Origin: Candidatus Omnitrophota bacterium
GTDB taxonomy: Bacteria; Omnitrophota; Gorgyraeia; Zapsychrales; JANLHA01
DNA length: 64,000 nucleotides
Assembly (NCBI GenBank): GCA_963662715.1
Contig: OY759724.1
Location: 986,662-1,050,661, forward strand
Direction: 5' to 3'
Notes under the pieces: model-generated
The model's input: the letters and a program-made list of their open reading frames with translations, nothing else
Told to the model about the DNA's origin: nothing
Database searches by the model: none
Part shown: piece by piece, positions 55,205 through 64,000 of the stretch
How the letters are laid out: each line of letters opens with the position of its first letter
Position numbering within the stretch: position 1 is the stretch's first letter
Translations under genes and position numbers: made by a program

Positions 55205-57004
55205 TCAGGGACGGTCTTGCTGGCCCTGGAGAAAGGACTGCACCTGCAACAATAATTCCCCTGCTTCGACAATTCTGCCCTGTCTTTTAAAAAGCAAGAC
55301 AGCATGATTGAGCATCTCCCGGATATTCTCTTCCTCTCCCAAGTGGGCATAAACGCCCGCAAGATTAAAATAGGCCTCGGCAAATTCCGGGTTGAGTTCT
55401 ATCGCCCGCCGGTAAGCCTTGACGGATTCGTTTAAAAGCCCGGATTCAAAATAAACCGGCGCGATAGAAAAATAAAAATGGGCTTCTTCCGGGTTAAGCG
55501 AGATGGCTTTTTTAAACGCGTCTAAAGCCTGTTCCCACTGCCCCTCTTCAGCATAAACAATACCAAGATTATTGTGCATAAACGCACTCTGCGGATTATC
55601 GCGGACAACAGTCTCATATAATGTGGGATTATCACGCCAGTCCTTATTTCTGATCCATGTTCTGGCGGCGTAGAATATAAGAATGACCGCCATGCCTCCG
55701 GAAACGGTTCTCCGGAGCCAAAGGCGGTCGGAAGACAACGCCTTGTCTGATAATTTTACGAAAGCATATCCCAACAGCAGGCAAAATGCCCATGAACCGG
55801 GGTATAAATATCTTTCCGCGAAATAAACAGAACTGGGCACGATGTTGGCGCCCGGCAAAAGCGACAGGAACAGCCACCCGGCACAAAAACCAACGAGAGG
55901 TCGTTTCCTGCCCGCAAAAAATGCTGAGAGAAGAACGATCACGATAACCGCCAGCGCCCGCAGGACATAAGGGTCCGCGACCGACTGGGACAAAACAGCC
56001 GTCGCGTCAAAATCATCCTGGTCAAAAGCGAAAATCCCCGGGGAGAGCACGGGGTTGTGCGTGAGCTGCCAGGGGAAAATCAGGACAGAGACATATCTTG
56101 CCCAAGCCTTGACAATGACCCAGAAGGTTAAAAGATAGCTTCCCATGAGATACCCGCCGCGGGTTATCGTCCCCAGGACCTGCCATTTACAGAAAACATA
56201 AACCAACACTAAAAGGAAATATGGAAGCAGTTTAAGCAGGCTCTCCCTGAACGGTGGCCGGTTGCGGGTAAAAAACAATTCATAAAACGCGAACAATAAA
56301 GGAAGGGAAATCGCCAGTTCATGGGTAAACACGGCCAGAAATGCAAATCCGAAAGCCAGTCCTTTTTCTTTGCCCGCCTGCGGTTCTTCGTTTTTCAGAG
56401 ATCTTTTGTCCTGGATATTATTCCAAGACTTTCCTTCACCCCAAAAGACCGGATATAAACCCTGGTGCCGGTTTGCTGACAAGTAAAAATAAAAGCTCGC
56501 CAATAAGAAGACAATACCTAATGTATCCACACTGGCCGTCATAAACGTGACGGCCTCCACATGTACCGGATGCAGGGCGAACAGCAGCGCGGTCCAAAAC
56601 GCTGTCTCCCGGCGGTTCAGCAATTCATAAGTCAAAAGATAAACAAATAAAATACCGAGCGCGTGAATGCCCAAGGCCGCCAGATGATACCCGAATACGT
56701 TATATTGCCATAAATTAAAGTTGATGGCGTGCCAAAATGTCTTTAACGGCGAGTAAATACCCGGCTGTCCGTCCGGGGGGATATACCCGACAAAGAACCT
56801 CGGGAGGTTCCGCATATCCTGAATCAGCGGCCAGCGGACAATAAAATCAAAATCATCCAAAACAAATTGATTGCTGAAAATATTGCTAAAGACAAAAAGG
56901 GTGATGAGTAAAATAAAACTTACCGCCCAAGACGAATTCTGCAGCATTTTCGTCCAGAACCCTGCTGGTGTTGTCTTCGTTCTCTTCTGGGTCTTTTTTA
57001 CCAC
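55205..57004 (-). CDS. TMTC-like GT-C membrane glycosyltransferase fused to C-terminal TPR repeats
   Basis: The N-terminal domain of about 400 aa is polytopic and has an FVLDD motif in the first loop, which is the DD motif of GT-C O-mannosyltransferase-like enzymes. The C-terminus holds four or more TPR units (AFMHNNLGIVYAEEGQWEQALDAFKKAISLNP ...). Confidence 0.75.
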   Translation of the reverse strand: MVKKTQKRTKTTPAGFWTKMLQNSSWAVSFILLITLFVFSNIFSNQFVLDDFDFIVRWPLIQDMRNLPRFFVGYIPPDGQPGIYSPLKTFWHAINFNLWQYNVFGYHLAALGIHALGILFVYLLTYELLNRRETAFWTALLFALHPVHVEAVTFMTASVDTLGIVFLLASFYFYLSANRHQGLYPVFWGEGKSWNNIQDKRSLKNEEPQAGKEKGLAFGFAFLAVFTHELAISLPLLFAFYELFFTRNRPPFRESLLKLLPYFLLVLVYVFCKWQVLGTITRGGYLMGSYLLTFWVIVKAWARYVSVLIFPWQLTHNPVLSPGIFAFDQDDFDATAVLSQSVADPYVLRALAVIVIVLLSAFFAGRKRPLVGFCAGWLFLSLLPGANIVPSSVYFAERYLYPGSWAFCLLLGYAFVKLSDKALSSDRLWLRRTVSGGMAVILIFYAARTWIRNKDWRDNPTLYETVVRDNPQSAFMHNNLGIVYAEEGQWEQALDAFKKAISLNPEEAHFYFSIAPVYFESGLLNESVKAYRRAIELNPEFAEAYFNLAGVYAHLGEEENIREMLNHAVLLFKRQGRIVEAGELLLQVQSFLQGQQDRP

Positions 57005-57129
57005 TCGGCTATTCTTCTGCAGGTGACAGTTTAACGTTAAAAACGGCCCCGTGAACCACAGCGTTAAAATTATATCTCAACAATATTTGTTTCACAAGCA
57101 ACTCTCTTTGGGATAGCGCTTGCGCCCCC

Positions 57130-58182
57130 TTAAGCCTTCCCCCGGGTCCTTAGCTGCCCGCAGGCCCCGGAAATGTCCTTCCCGCGCGGCCTGCGAAGGG
57201 TCGCATGAATGCCGACGCGGTCAAGCCGCTCCTTAAAGGCAGATATTTCATGCCCGGACGGGGCTTGAAAATCAAATTCCCTGACGGGATTATAAGGGAT
57301 AAGATTCATCTTGCACAGGACGCCTTTAAAGGCTTTCCGCAGCGCCTGAACCGCTCTGTCCGTGCACGTCACATCCTTGATAAGGATATATTCAAAAGTA
57401 ATCTGCCGGTTCGTTTCTTTGCTGTATTCCCGGCACACTGTCATCAAATCATCAAACGGATATGTCCTGTTAACAGGCATCAGGGTATTCCGGGAGGCAT
57501 TATCATAACCGTGCAGAGAAATAGCCAGTTCAAGCTGAAGCCCCTCTTGGGCCAATTGTTTCATTCGGGGGATGACTCCGCAAGTCGAAACAGCAATTCG
57601 TCGGGCACCGATGTTCAAACCTCTTTTATCGTTAACGATCCGGATGGATTTCATAACGTTCTGAAAATTGTCAAGGGGTTCGCCGACCCCCATATAGACA
57701 ATATGCGAAAGCGGCTTTTTATGCTTTCGGGCCTCTTCTTTGACATGCAATATTTGCGTTATGATCTCTGCCGCGGAAAGATTTCTGGTCCATCCGCCGA
57801 TTCCGCTGGCACAAAAACGGCATCCGAATTTGCAGCCCGCCTGAGTTGACAGGCACACGGTTGTGCGAGTCTTGGAGGGAATTAAAACTGTCTCAATTCT
57901 CTGACGGTCGTCCAATTCGAGAAGGAACTTGGTTGTCCCGTCTTGAGACACCTGTTTGTCTGCGATTTTCAGCGGTTTTAAAATGAACTGGCCGGCAAGA
58001 TGATCCCGCAGGGCTTTCGGCAGGTTTTTCATGTCATCCGGGGACCAAACGCATTTGCGGTAAAGCCACTCGAATATTTGTGTGGCCCGGTAGGGCTTTT
58101 CTCCCCAGCTTTCCAAACACTGGACAAGGTCCTTGTAAGATAAATCCTGAAGCTCTTTTCTTTTTGGGGTCGTCTCGGTCAT
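57130..58182 (-). CDS. rlmN: Dual-specificity RNA methyltransferase RlmN (23S rRNA m2A2503 / tRNA m2A37), radical SAM
   Basis: It has a CKFGCRFC cluster and RlmN length. Start refined to ATG 58182 (MTETTPKRK) with RBS GGAAAGGG. The track ORF uses GTG at 58224. Confidence 0.9.
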   Translation of the reverse strand: MTETTPKRKELQDLSYKDLVQCLESWGEKPYRATQIFEWLYRKCVWSPDDMKNLPKALRDHLAGQFILKPLKIADKQVSQDGTTKFLLELDDRQRIETVLIPSKTRTTVCLSTQAGCKFGCRFCASGIGGWTRNLSAAEIITQILHVKEEARKHKKPLSHIVYMGVGEPLDNFQNVMKSIRIVNDKRGLNIGARRIAVSTCGVIPRMKQLAQEGLQLELAISLHGYDNASRNTLMPVNRTYPFDDLMTVCREYSKETNRQITFEYILIKDVTCTDRAVQALRKAFKGVLCKMNLIPYNPVREFDFQAPSGHEISAFKERLDRVGIHATLRRPRGKDISGACGQLRTRGKA

Positions 58183-58298
58183 ATCCCTTTCCCGAAAATA
58201 CGTCTGCAGCCTATGAAATCTCACTCACGTTTTTAATAAACATATTCTGGAATGGAGGGTGCGGGTAACGGGGAAATTCTGCTGAAAGGACATTTCCT

Positions 58299-59285
58299 TT
58301 ATCCGGACTCAGAGTTAGCCATATCAGCGGCACTGTTTTCAATAAATTCTCCTATACAACGGAATTTATCATAACGTTCCTGCATCAATTCATCCTGGGA
58401 CTTGGATGACAAATCTTTTATAGCCTTGAGTATGACCTTCTTCATATTTTTTGCCACAAAATGCGGATCATGATGAGCGCCGCCCGGGGGTTCGGGGATG
58501 ATATCGTCCACAATCCCGAATTTCTTTAAATGTTCTCCGGTTAGTTTCAAAGCATTGGCGGCATCAGGAGCTTTTACGCTGTTCCGCCAGAGAATCGAAG
58601 CGCATCCCTCCGGGGAAATCACGGAATAATAGGCATTCTGAAGAATATAAACCCGGTCCGCCACCCCGATCCCGATCGCACCGCCGCTCCCGCCTTCACC
58701 GATGATAACCGCAACGATCGGGGTCGAGACCAAAGCCATATCTCTTAAATTTGACGCAATCGCCTGGGCCTGGCCCCGCTCTTCCGCTCCGATGCCCGGA
58801 TAAGCTCCCGGCGTGTCAATGAACGCGACAATGGGCAAACGGAATTTCGCGGCAAACTGCATCAGCCGGATCGCCTTGCGGTACCCCTCTGGATGGGCAC
58901 AGCCGAAATTTCTCATAATATTCTCTTTAATGTCACGGCCTTTCTGATGGCCCATAATCACCACTTTATACTGGTCAATCTTGGCCAGACCGCCGATCAG
59001 GGCCCGGTCGTCAAAAAAAAGCCGGTCACCGTGCATTTCGATAAAATCAGAAGCCAGCATATGAATATAATCCAATGTGTAAGGACGGGCCGGATGCCGG
59101 GCAATTTGAACCCGCTGCCATTCGGACAAATGGCTGTAGATGTCCTGTTTCATTTTTTCCAGCTTTTGTTCGAGCTTCTTAATCTCCGGCTCAATATTGA
59201 TTTTCTTGTTTGTCCCAAAACTTTTTAGCTGTTCAATCTTCGCCTCAAGCTCAATAATAGGCTTCTCAAAATCTAACCCGTTCAT
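58299..59285 (-). CDS. accA: Acetyl-CoA carboxylase carboxyltransferase subunit alpha
   Basis: The N-terminus MNGLDFEKPIIELEAKIEQL is typical of AccA, with a crotonase-like CT domain. Confidence 0.95.
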   Translation of the reverse strand: MNGLDFEKPIIELEAKIEQLKSFGTNKKINIEPEIKKLEQKLEKMKQDIYSHLSEWQRVQIARHPARPYTLDYIHMLASDFIEMHGDRLFFDDRALIGGLAKIDQYKVVIMGHQKGRDIKENIMRNFGCAHPEGYRKAIRLMQFAAKFRLPIVAFIDTPGAYPGIGAEERGQAQAIASNLRDMALVSTPIVAVIIGEGGSGGAIGIGVADRVYILQNAYYSVISPEGCASILWRNSVKAPDAANALKLTGEHLKKFGIVDDIIPEPPGGAHHDPHFVAKNMKKVILKAIKDLSSKSQDELMQERYDKFRCIGEFIENSAADMANSESG

Positions 59286-59323
59286 ATGTGTTTACCACCT
59301 CTTAAATGTTAACGACACGTTCA

Positions 59324-60142
59324 CTAATCGACAATCACAACCTCTGTCCCCATAGGAATAAGGCTGTAAAGCTCCTCAACTTCCGAGTTTCTCATCCGGA
59401 CACATCCGGCGGTGACATGCTGGCCGATGGTTTCCGGCTCAACCGTCCCGTGAATGCCGTAGCCGGGGATATCAAAACCGAGCCAGCGCGTACCCAGAAC
59501 ATTCTCCGGACTCTCCGGCGGCACGATGACACCCCGGTTAAACCATACCGGATCGATGAGTTTTGACACAATCTTAAATGTCCCGACAGGCGTGCTCATA
59601 TTCTCTCCGGTGGAAACTAGATAAACTTTTACAATCTCGTTTCCATCTTTAAGGATCAGAACATTCTGCGACTTATCGACAAAAATATTAAACTGACCTG
59701 TCCATACATACAACTTCTGCCCGACTCTTATCACATCGCTTTTCAAATTATTCCTTTTTTTGATAAGCTCAACCGTTGTCCCGTAGCGTTTGGCAATCTC
59801 TCCCAGCGTATCTCCCGAGACAACCTTGTGCGTTACGGTCTTCCCCGGGACAGAGGTGGTCGAGAAAATAATATTCATGTTCAGCTCTTCCAAATCTTTC
59901 TGAACATTCATAATATTATCGTAGTCAGGGTATTGTTTGAGTATTTCCTGGTATAAAACTCTCGCCTTAACATAATCCCCGGTCTTTTGAAAATTGTTCG
60001 CCCTTTTATAAAGATCAGAAACATTAATTTGCTTAACGGGTGGCTGCGCGGCAGGAGAAGGGGTTTTAGCTCTGAATAACGTAATCCATAACACGACGAG
60101 GACAACAACGGTTCCGCCTATGATTACAAATCGATTATTCAC
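59324..60142 (-). CDS. L,D-transpeptidase (YkuD) with LysM domain and N-terminal membrane anchor
   Basis: It has a LysM motif (VVSGDTLGEIAKRYGTTVELIKKRNNL) and the catalytic motif YGIHGT...GCVRM. Confidence 0.85.
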   Translation of the reverse strand: MNNRFVIIGGTVVVLVVLWITLFRAKTPSPAAQPPVKQINVSDLYKRANNFQKTGDYVKARVLYQEILKQYPDYDNIMNVQKDLEELNMNIIFSTTSVPGKTVTHKVVSGDTLGEIAKRYGTTVELIKKRNNLKSDVIRVGQKLYVWTGQFNIFVDKSQNVLILKDGNEIVKVYLVSTGENMSTPVGTFKIVSKLIDPVWFNRGVIVPPESPENVLGTRWLGFDIPGYGIHGTVEPETIGQHVTAGCVRMRNSEVEELYSLIPMGTEVVIVD

Positions 60143-60194
60143 AATTCCGCTCCTTTTATTAACGGGTAATTCTTGATCTGTTTAAACGGGGGTA

Positions 60195-60704
60195 TTACCG
60201 GCCCCACATGTCATAAAAAATGATCGACATGAAGCAGCCGATGATGGAACCGATAACGACCTGGATGGGAGTATGACCGATGAGTTCTGCCAGACGGTTC
60301 GTTTCAATTTTCCCCTTCCAATAAATATCATCAAGGATTCTGTTTAATATCTCGGCCTGCTGTCCTGTTGCGCGACGGACGCCCTGGGCATCAAACATCG
60401 TCACCATGGCAAACACCGCAGACAAAGCAAAAATCACGGAATCAAATCCCCGCTCAAGACCGACGGCTGTTGCCAAGGCTGTTACTCCTGCCGCATGGCT
60501 TGACGGCATGCCGCCTGTTCCGATAAACCATCTGAAATTAAATTTTCTCTCTCGTATGACCCCAAGAAAGACTTTAATGCATTGGGCTAAAGCCCAGACA
60601 GTGAGAGTAATAACCAGGATTTTGTTACTGAAAATTTCTTTAAAAAGAACGATAAAGATTTCCATAATTAAATAGGATACGGGGCTTTGAGCTTTATGCC
60701 CCAT
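60195..60704 (-). CDS. Divergent PAP2-family membrane protein (DUF212-like)
   Basis: The GGMPSSHAAGVTALATA motif is present with 4 TM helices. The start is uncertain (60704 or 60665). Confidence 0.7.
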   Translation of the reverse strand: MGHKAQSPVSYLIMEIFIVLFKEIFSNKILVITLTVWALAQCIKVFLGVIRERKFNFRWFIGTGGMPSSHAAGVTALATAVGLERGFDSVIFALSAVFAMVTMFDAQGVRRATGQQAEILNRILDDIYWKGKIETNRLAELIGHTPIQVVIGSIIGCFMSIIFYDMWGR

Positions 60705-60906
60705 CAGTTTTCAAAAATTTACTCATAACAGGAATCCCCGGAACAGTATTCAACCCGCCGCGAATTGAGAAATGCCTGGTGGGATTATACTGCGCAAAGT
60801 CCGGGATATCCTGTTGAGTCAAAATTTGACATGTTTCTGGATTTATGTTAGTTTACATTATAATTTTGCTTAACCAAAAAAGCAAGGTCTTTAATATTCT
60901 TATTTC

Positions 60907-60930
60907 AATATTTCTATTTATAGAAATATT
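60907..60930. promoter_or_regulatory. Perfect 24-bp AT-rich palindrome (AATATTTCTAT-TT-ATAGAAATATT) between divergent genes
   Basis: Read directly from the sequence. It lies about 80 nt upstream of the comM/yifB start and about 200 nt upstream of the PAP2 gene. Confidence 0.3.
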
Positions 60931-61008
60931 TTTAGTAATCTTCCCCTGATTATAATCATTCCCCGCCAGCATACTTAACACTAAACTAATAACAGGCTAT
61001 CTCCCAAT

Positions 61009-62544
61009 ATGTTAGCAAAAGTGCGAAGCTGCGGCCTTTCCGGCCTGGACGCCTATATCATTACAATTGAAGTTGATGTGTCGCCAGGGTTACCGGCGTC
61101 TATCATTGTAGGACTGCCGGACAGCGCGGTTAAAGAAAGCAAAGAACGCGTCCGCGCTGCCATAAAAAACAGCGGTTTTACTTACAAGCCAAGAAGGATC
61201 ACTGTTAACCTGTCCCCCGGAGACGTTAAAAAAGAAGGGTCTGCCTTTGATTTGGCCATGGCTTTAGGGATACTGACCGCTACTGAACAGATATCAGCGG
61301 AAAACCTTCAGGATTTCATCGTTCTCGGAGAACTATCGCTGGACGGACAACTCCGCCCTATAACAGGAGCACTTCCCATAGCTCTTGCGGTTCCCCGGGA
61401 TGAATTTAAAGGAATGATTATTCCTTACGACAATGCCTGCCACGCGGCTCTCGCGCATAACATTCCGGTTTACCCGGCCCGCACATTATCAGAAGCGGTC
61501 CACATCCTTTCTCATCACAGCGAAAGGCATCCTTTTACCACAGACGATGAAACAGTCCTCGGTCATTCTGACGATGCCCCTTACGATTTTCTTGACGTCA
61601 AAGGACAAAGCCAGGCGAAAAGAGGCCTTGAGGTTGCTGCCGCCGGAGGACATAATTGTCTGATGCTCGGTCCTCCGGGCAGCGGGAAAACCATGCTGGC
61701 CAAACGTATTTCATCGATATTGCCGGAAATGACACGGCCGGAAAAATTGGAAGTGACAAAAATATATTCTATTATGGGGCTGCTCCCCCATCAATACGGA
61801 TACATGAGGCACCGGCCTTTTCGCGCACCGCATCACACCATCTCCGATGTGGCCTTAGTCGGTGGCGGATCAAATCCTAAGCCCGGGGAGATCACGCTGG
61901 CCCACAACGGTGTTCTCTTCCTGGATGAACTCCCGGAATTCAACCGCAAAGTTCTTGAGACGTTACGCCAACCTCTGGAAGACCATGCCGTGACAATCTC
62001 GCGGGCTTCCCGAACAGTTGTTTTCCCCGCCCAGTTCATGCTGGTGGCCAGCATGAACCCCTGCCCGTGCGGATACTATACGGACCGACATAAAGAATGC
62101 CGATGCGCCCCCCAGCAAATTCAAAAATATTTAAGTAAAATCTCCGGTCCGCTCTTAGACCGCATTGACATTCATTTAGACGTTCCGGCTTTAAGGCCGC
62201 AAGAACTGCTCGCCGCCCCTCCACCCTCTGATTCATCCTCAAATATCAAAGAGCGGGTCTCCCGGGCCAGAGGCATGCAACACGACCGCTTCCGCGGCCT
62301 TCCGTTCTCTACAAATGCTTCCATGAATCACAAACACATCAAAATATTCTGTCAAATCGCGAAAGAGAGCAGAGAATTATTAGGAAAAGCTATTGAAGAA
62401 TTGGGGTTATCCGTCAGGGCGCACGATAAAATCATCAAGGTTGCCAGAACCATCGCGGACATGGATGGGCAGGAAAAAATTCTCCCCCATCATATGGCCG
62501 AAGCGATCCATTACCGGAGCCTGGACCGGACTTGGTGGGTATAA
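61009..62544 (+). CDS. YifB/ComM-family Mg-chelatase-like AAA+ ATPase
   Basis: It has an N-terminal Lon-protease-like domain, a Walker A (GPPGSGKT) and a C-terminal ChlI-like domain, in 511 aa. Confidence 0.9.
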   Translation: MLAKVRSCGLSGLDAYIITIEVDVSPGLPASIIVGLPDSAVKESKERVRAAIKNSGFTYKPRRITVNLSPGDVKKEGSAFDLAMALGILTATEQISAENLQDFIVLGELSLDGQLRPITGALPIALAVPRDEFKGMIIPYDNACHAALAHNIPVYPARTLSEAVHILSHHSERHPFTTDDETVLGHSDDAPYDFLDVKGQSQAKRGLEVAAAGGHNCLMLGPPGSGKTMLAKRISSILPEMTRPEKLEVTKIYSIMGLLPHQYGYMRHRPFRAPHHTISDVALVGGGSNPKPGEITLAHNGVLFLDELPEFNRKVLETLRQPLEDHAVTISRASRTVVFPAQFMLVASMNPCPCGYYTDRHKECRCAPQQIQKYLSKISGPLLDRIDIHLDVPALRPQELLAAPPPSDSSSNIKERVSRARGMQHDRFRGLPFSTNASMNHKHIKIFCQIAKESRELLGKAIEELGLSVRAHDKIIKVARTIADMDGQEKILPHHMAEAIHYRSLDRTWWV

Positions 62545-62588
62545 AAAAGCAGGGACACTTCTGTCAAAAAACTCTGCAGCGCATAAGC

Positions 62589-63563
62589 TTACCGGGACCC
62601 GGTCCCAAGAATTTCTTCCGCAAGTTTTTGAGCGACGGCGGCTCTTCCGTTTTCATCCAAATGCTCATCTATCGCATGACAAGCCTTCTCCTGCCGCCAG
62701 CAAAAAAATCTTCCGTCCAGCATAAGGGAAAGATCGAGCACCTCGACTCCTTCCCGTTCGATAACCTTTGCCAGGAAAGAACTGTTGGCTCTGACCCTGT
62801 GCATAAAAGGTTCGCCGAGAAACTCTTGCCCCGCAGTCTGATCCAGCGGTGTAATATAAAACAATACGTTTATATCCATTGCCTTTAAAAACCTGATCAT
62901 TTTCTGTAGAGCAACAATATTTTTATTATCCTCCGTCAGATGATACATATAATTAGCTATAATAATTTTACGAAAATCTTCCGGGTGGCAGGTGTCCATG
63001 CCCATAAAATCCCGCATCTTCCCCATATAGCGGTCCCCGTCAAAAATTTTAATCTCAGCATATTCCTCCTGAGACGTTTCGGGGACAAAAGCCTTGAAGA
63101 CCGACAGGGGTTTAAGAAAAACTTCCAGCGGCCTGAAATCATAAGTATAAATAAATTTGTCTTTGGGATATTGATATTCCGGGCGGTATATCCAGACAGG
63201 AGAAAAGGACCTCAAGTTGATCGATACAATAAACAGGCGGGGACGGTGTCTCTTAAGGACAAACTTTATAATACTGAAAAACAAATCCATCTGCCCTGCG
63301 TCATAATACAAAGCCGACATTTTCCACCCATCGGGCAGAATGTCATGCAACATCTTCGGCAAGGACTCTTTATTAATATCCGACGGAGCCGTCCAGTGAA
63401 TGACGCTGTCTCCGAGAAACACAATGTCCGGACTCCGGGCTAACCGCTTCTCGAATGTCCTGATATTTTTTGGGACATCAGGAGGGTATACGGAGGATAT
63501 AAAGAACTGCAGGCTTATGATAATAAACAAAAAAACAAAAACTTTCTTAACAAATTTTTTCAT
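62589..63563 (-). CDS. SGNH/GDSL-type hydrolase, membrane-anchored
   Basis: The GDS motif (VFLGDSVIH) lies near the N-terminus and a DEHL (D-x-x-H) motif near the C-terminus. Start refined to 63563 (MKKFVKK) with RBS GGGGGAT. Confidence 0.65.
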   Translation of the reverse strand: MKKFVKKVFVFLFIIISLQFFISSVYPPDVPKNIRTFEKRLARSPDIVFLGDSVIHWTAPSDINKESLPKMLHDILPDGWKMSALYYDAGQMDLFFSIIKFVLKRHRPRLFIVSINLRSFSPVWIYRPEYQYPKDKFIYTYDFRPLEVFLKPLSVFKAFVPETSQEEYAEIKIFDGDRYMGKMRDFMGMDTCHPEDFRKIIIANYMYHLTEDNKNIVALQKMIRFLKAMDINVLFYITPLDQTAGQEFLGEPFMHRVRANSSFLAKVIEREGVEVLDLSLMLDGRFFCWRQEKACHAIDEHLDENGRAAVAQKLAEEILGTGSR

Positions 63564-63643
63564 TCTGTCGATATCCCCCATAACTGGACGGTGTTCGGCA
63601 AAGCCTATTCGCCAGGAAGATTGCTCCTCGAAAACAGATCATG

Positions 63644-64000
63644 TTATTGAGACGCTCCTTTCCCTGAAGACGGGAAAGCGTAAAGAAAAAGCACCGGCTC
63701 TCCGTGCTTGAGCTGAAAAAGCCGCTCCCCCGTTTTATCCAGGTAAGACGCCAGGAACTCGTTCACGGGAGGATGATAGTGCGACAGCAGGATCCATGTC
63801 CTGGGCAAAACAGGAAAAGTCTCTAAGTGATGTTTCTCCGGGGTTATGTTGCCGGGAGCCAATGTTCCATCGGCATATATTCTGCTGTCGAATTGACAGG
63901 GAGAATGATACACAAACAAAAACGGCCTGCCGTTTTCTTCCCTCAGATGATCAGAGGTCATGGCCATGACCTTTGCTGCGACAGGAAACCGCAGCTGATA
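63644..64000 (-). CDS. Hypothetical protein, partial (N-terminus beyond window end)
   Basis: The reverse-strand reading frame is open to position 64000 with no in-frame stop upstream of the Met at 63967. Function unknown. Confidence 0.45.
   Translation of the reverse strand, partial: YQLRFPVAAKVMAMTSDHLREENGRPFLFVYHSPCQFDSRIYADGTLAPGNITPEKHHLETFPVLPRTWILLSHYHPPVNEFLASYLDKTGERLFQLKHGEPVLFLYAFPSSGKGASQ

Overview
This is a 64 kb, gene-dense bacterial chromosomal window of about 50% GC, probably from an uncultivated diderm, judging by the lipoproteins, signal peptides and a LysM L,D-transpeptidase. Most genes are on the minus strand. I found no transposase, integrase or CRISPR array. Core genes recognised from protein motifs are leuS, speH, a thiS-thiG-thiH-(small ORF)-thiF cluster, mnmG, mnmA, pgi, rlmN, accA, hemW, a polyprenyl synthase and the yifB/comM ATPase. 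A complete biotin operon reads birA-bioF-bioH-bioC-bioD::bioA (a BioD-BioA fusion), with an E. coli-like bioO operator upstream of birA. Two tRNAs, Ala-GGC and Leu-CAA, lie between the biotin operon and a glycosylation-like locus. Three accessory regions stand out. (i) At 20.0-30.2 kb there is a probable beta-glucan utilisation locus. It holds a CBM-like lipoprotein, two secreted proteins built from a tandemly duplicated uncharacterised ~130-aa domain (one carrying a clan GH-A hydrolase domain), a CUT1-type sugar ABC importer and a GH94 disaccharide phosphorylase. A second secreted GH-A hydrolase runs off the window start and is absent from the ORF track. (ii) At 50.5-57.0 kb there is a candidate lipid-linked glycosylation module. 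It has two tandem polytopic paralogs, a DPM1-like GT2 enzyme, a TMTC-like GT-C/TPR transferase and a secreted S/T/P-rich protein. (iii) Several small elements are notable: an orphan promoter-plus-terminator pair predicting a ~85-nt sRNA at about 40.8 kb, an Hc1/H1-like KKKVA-repeat basic protein, paralogous membrane coiled-coil proteins, and perfect palindromes in two intergenic regions. Coordinates for starts were refined by RBS and coupling inspection; all calls rest on reading the sequence, with no database searches.
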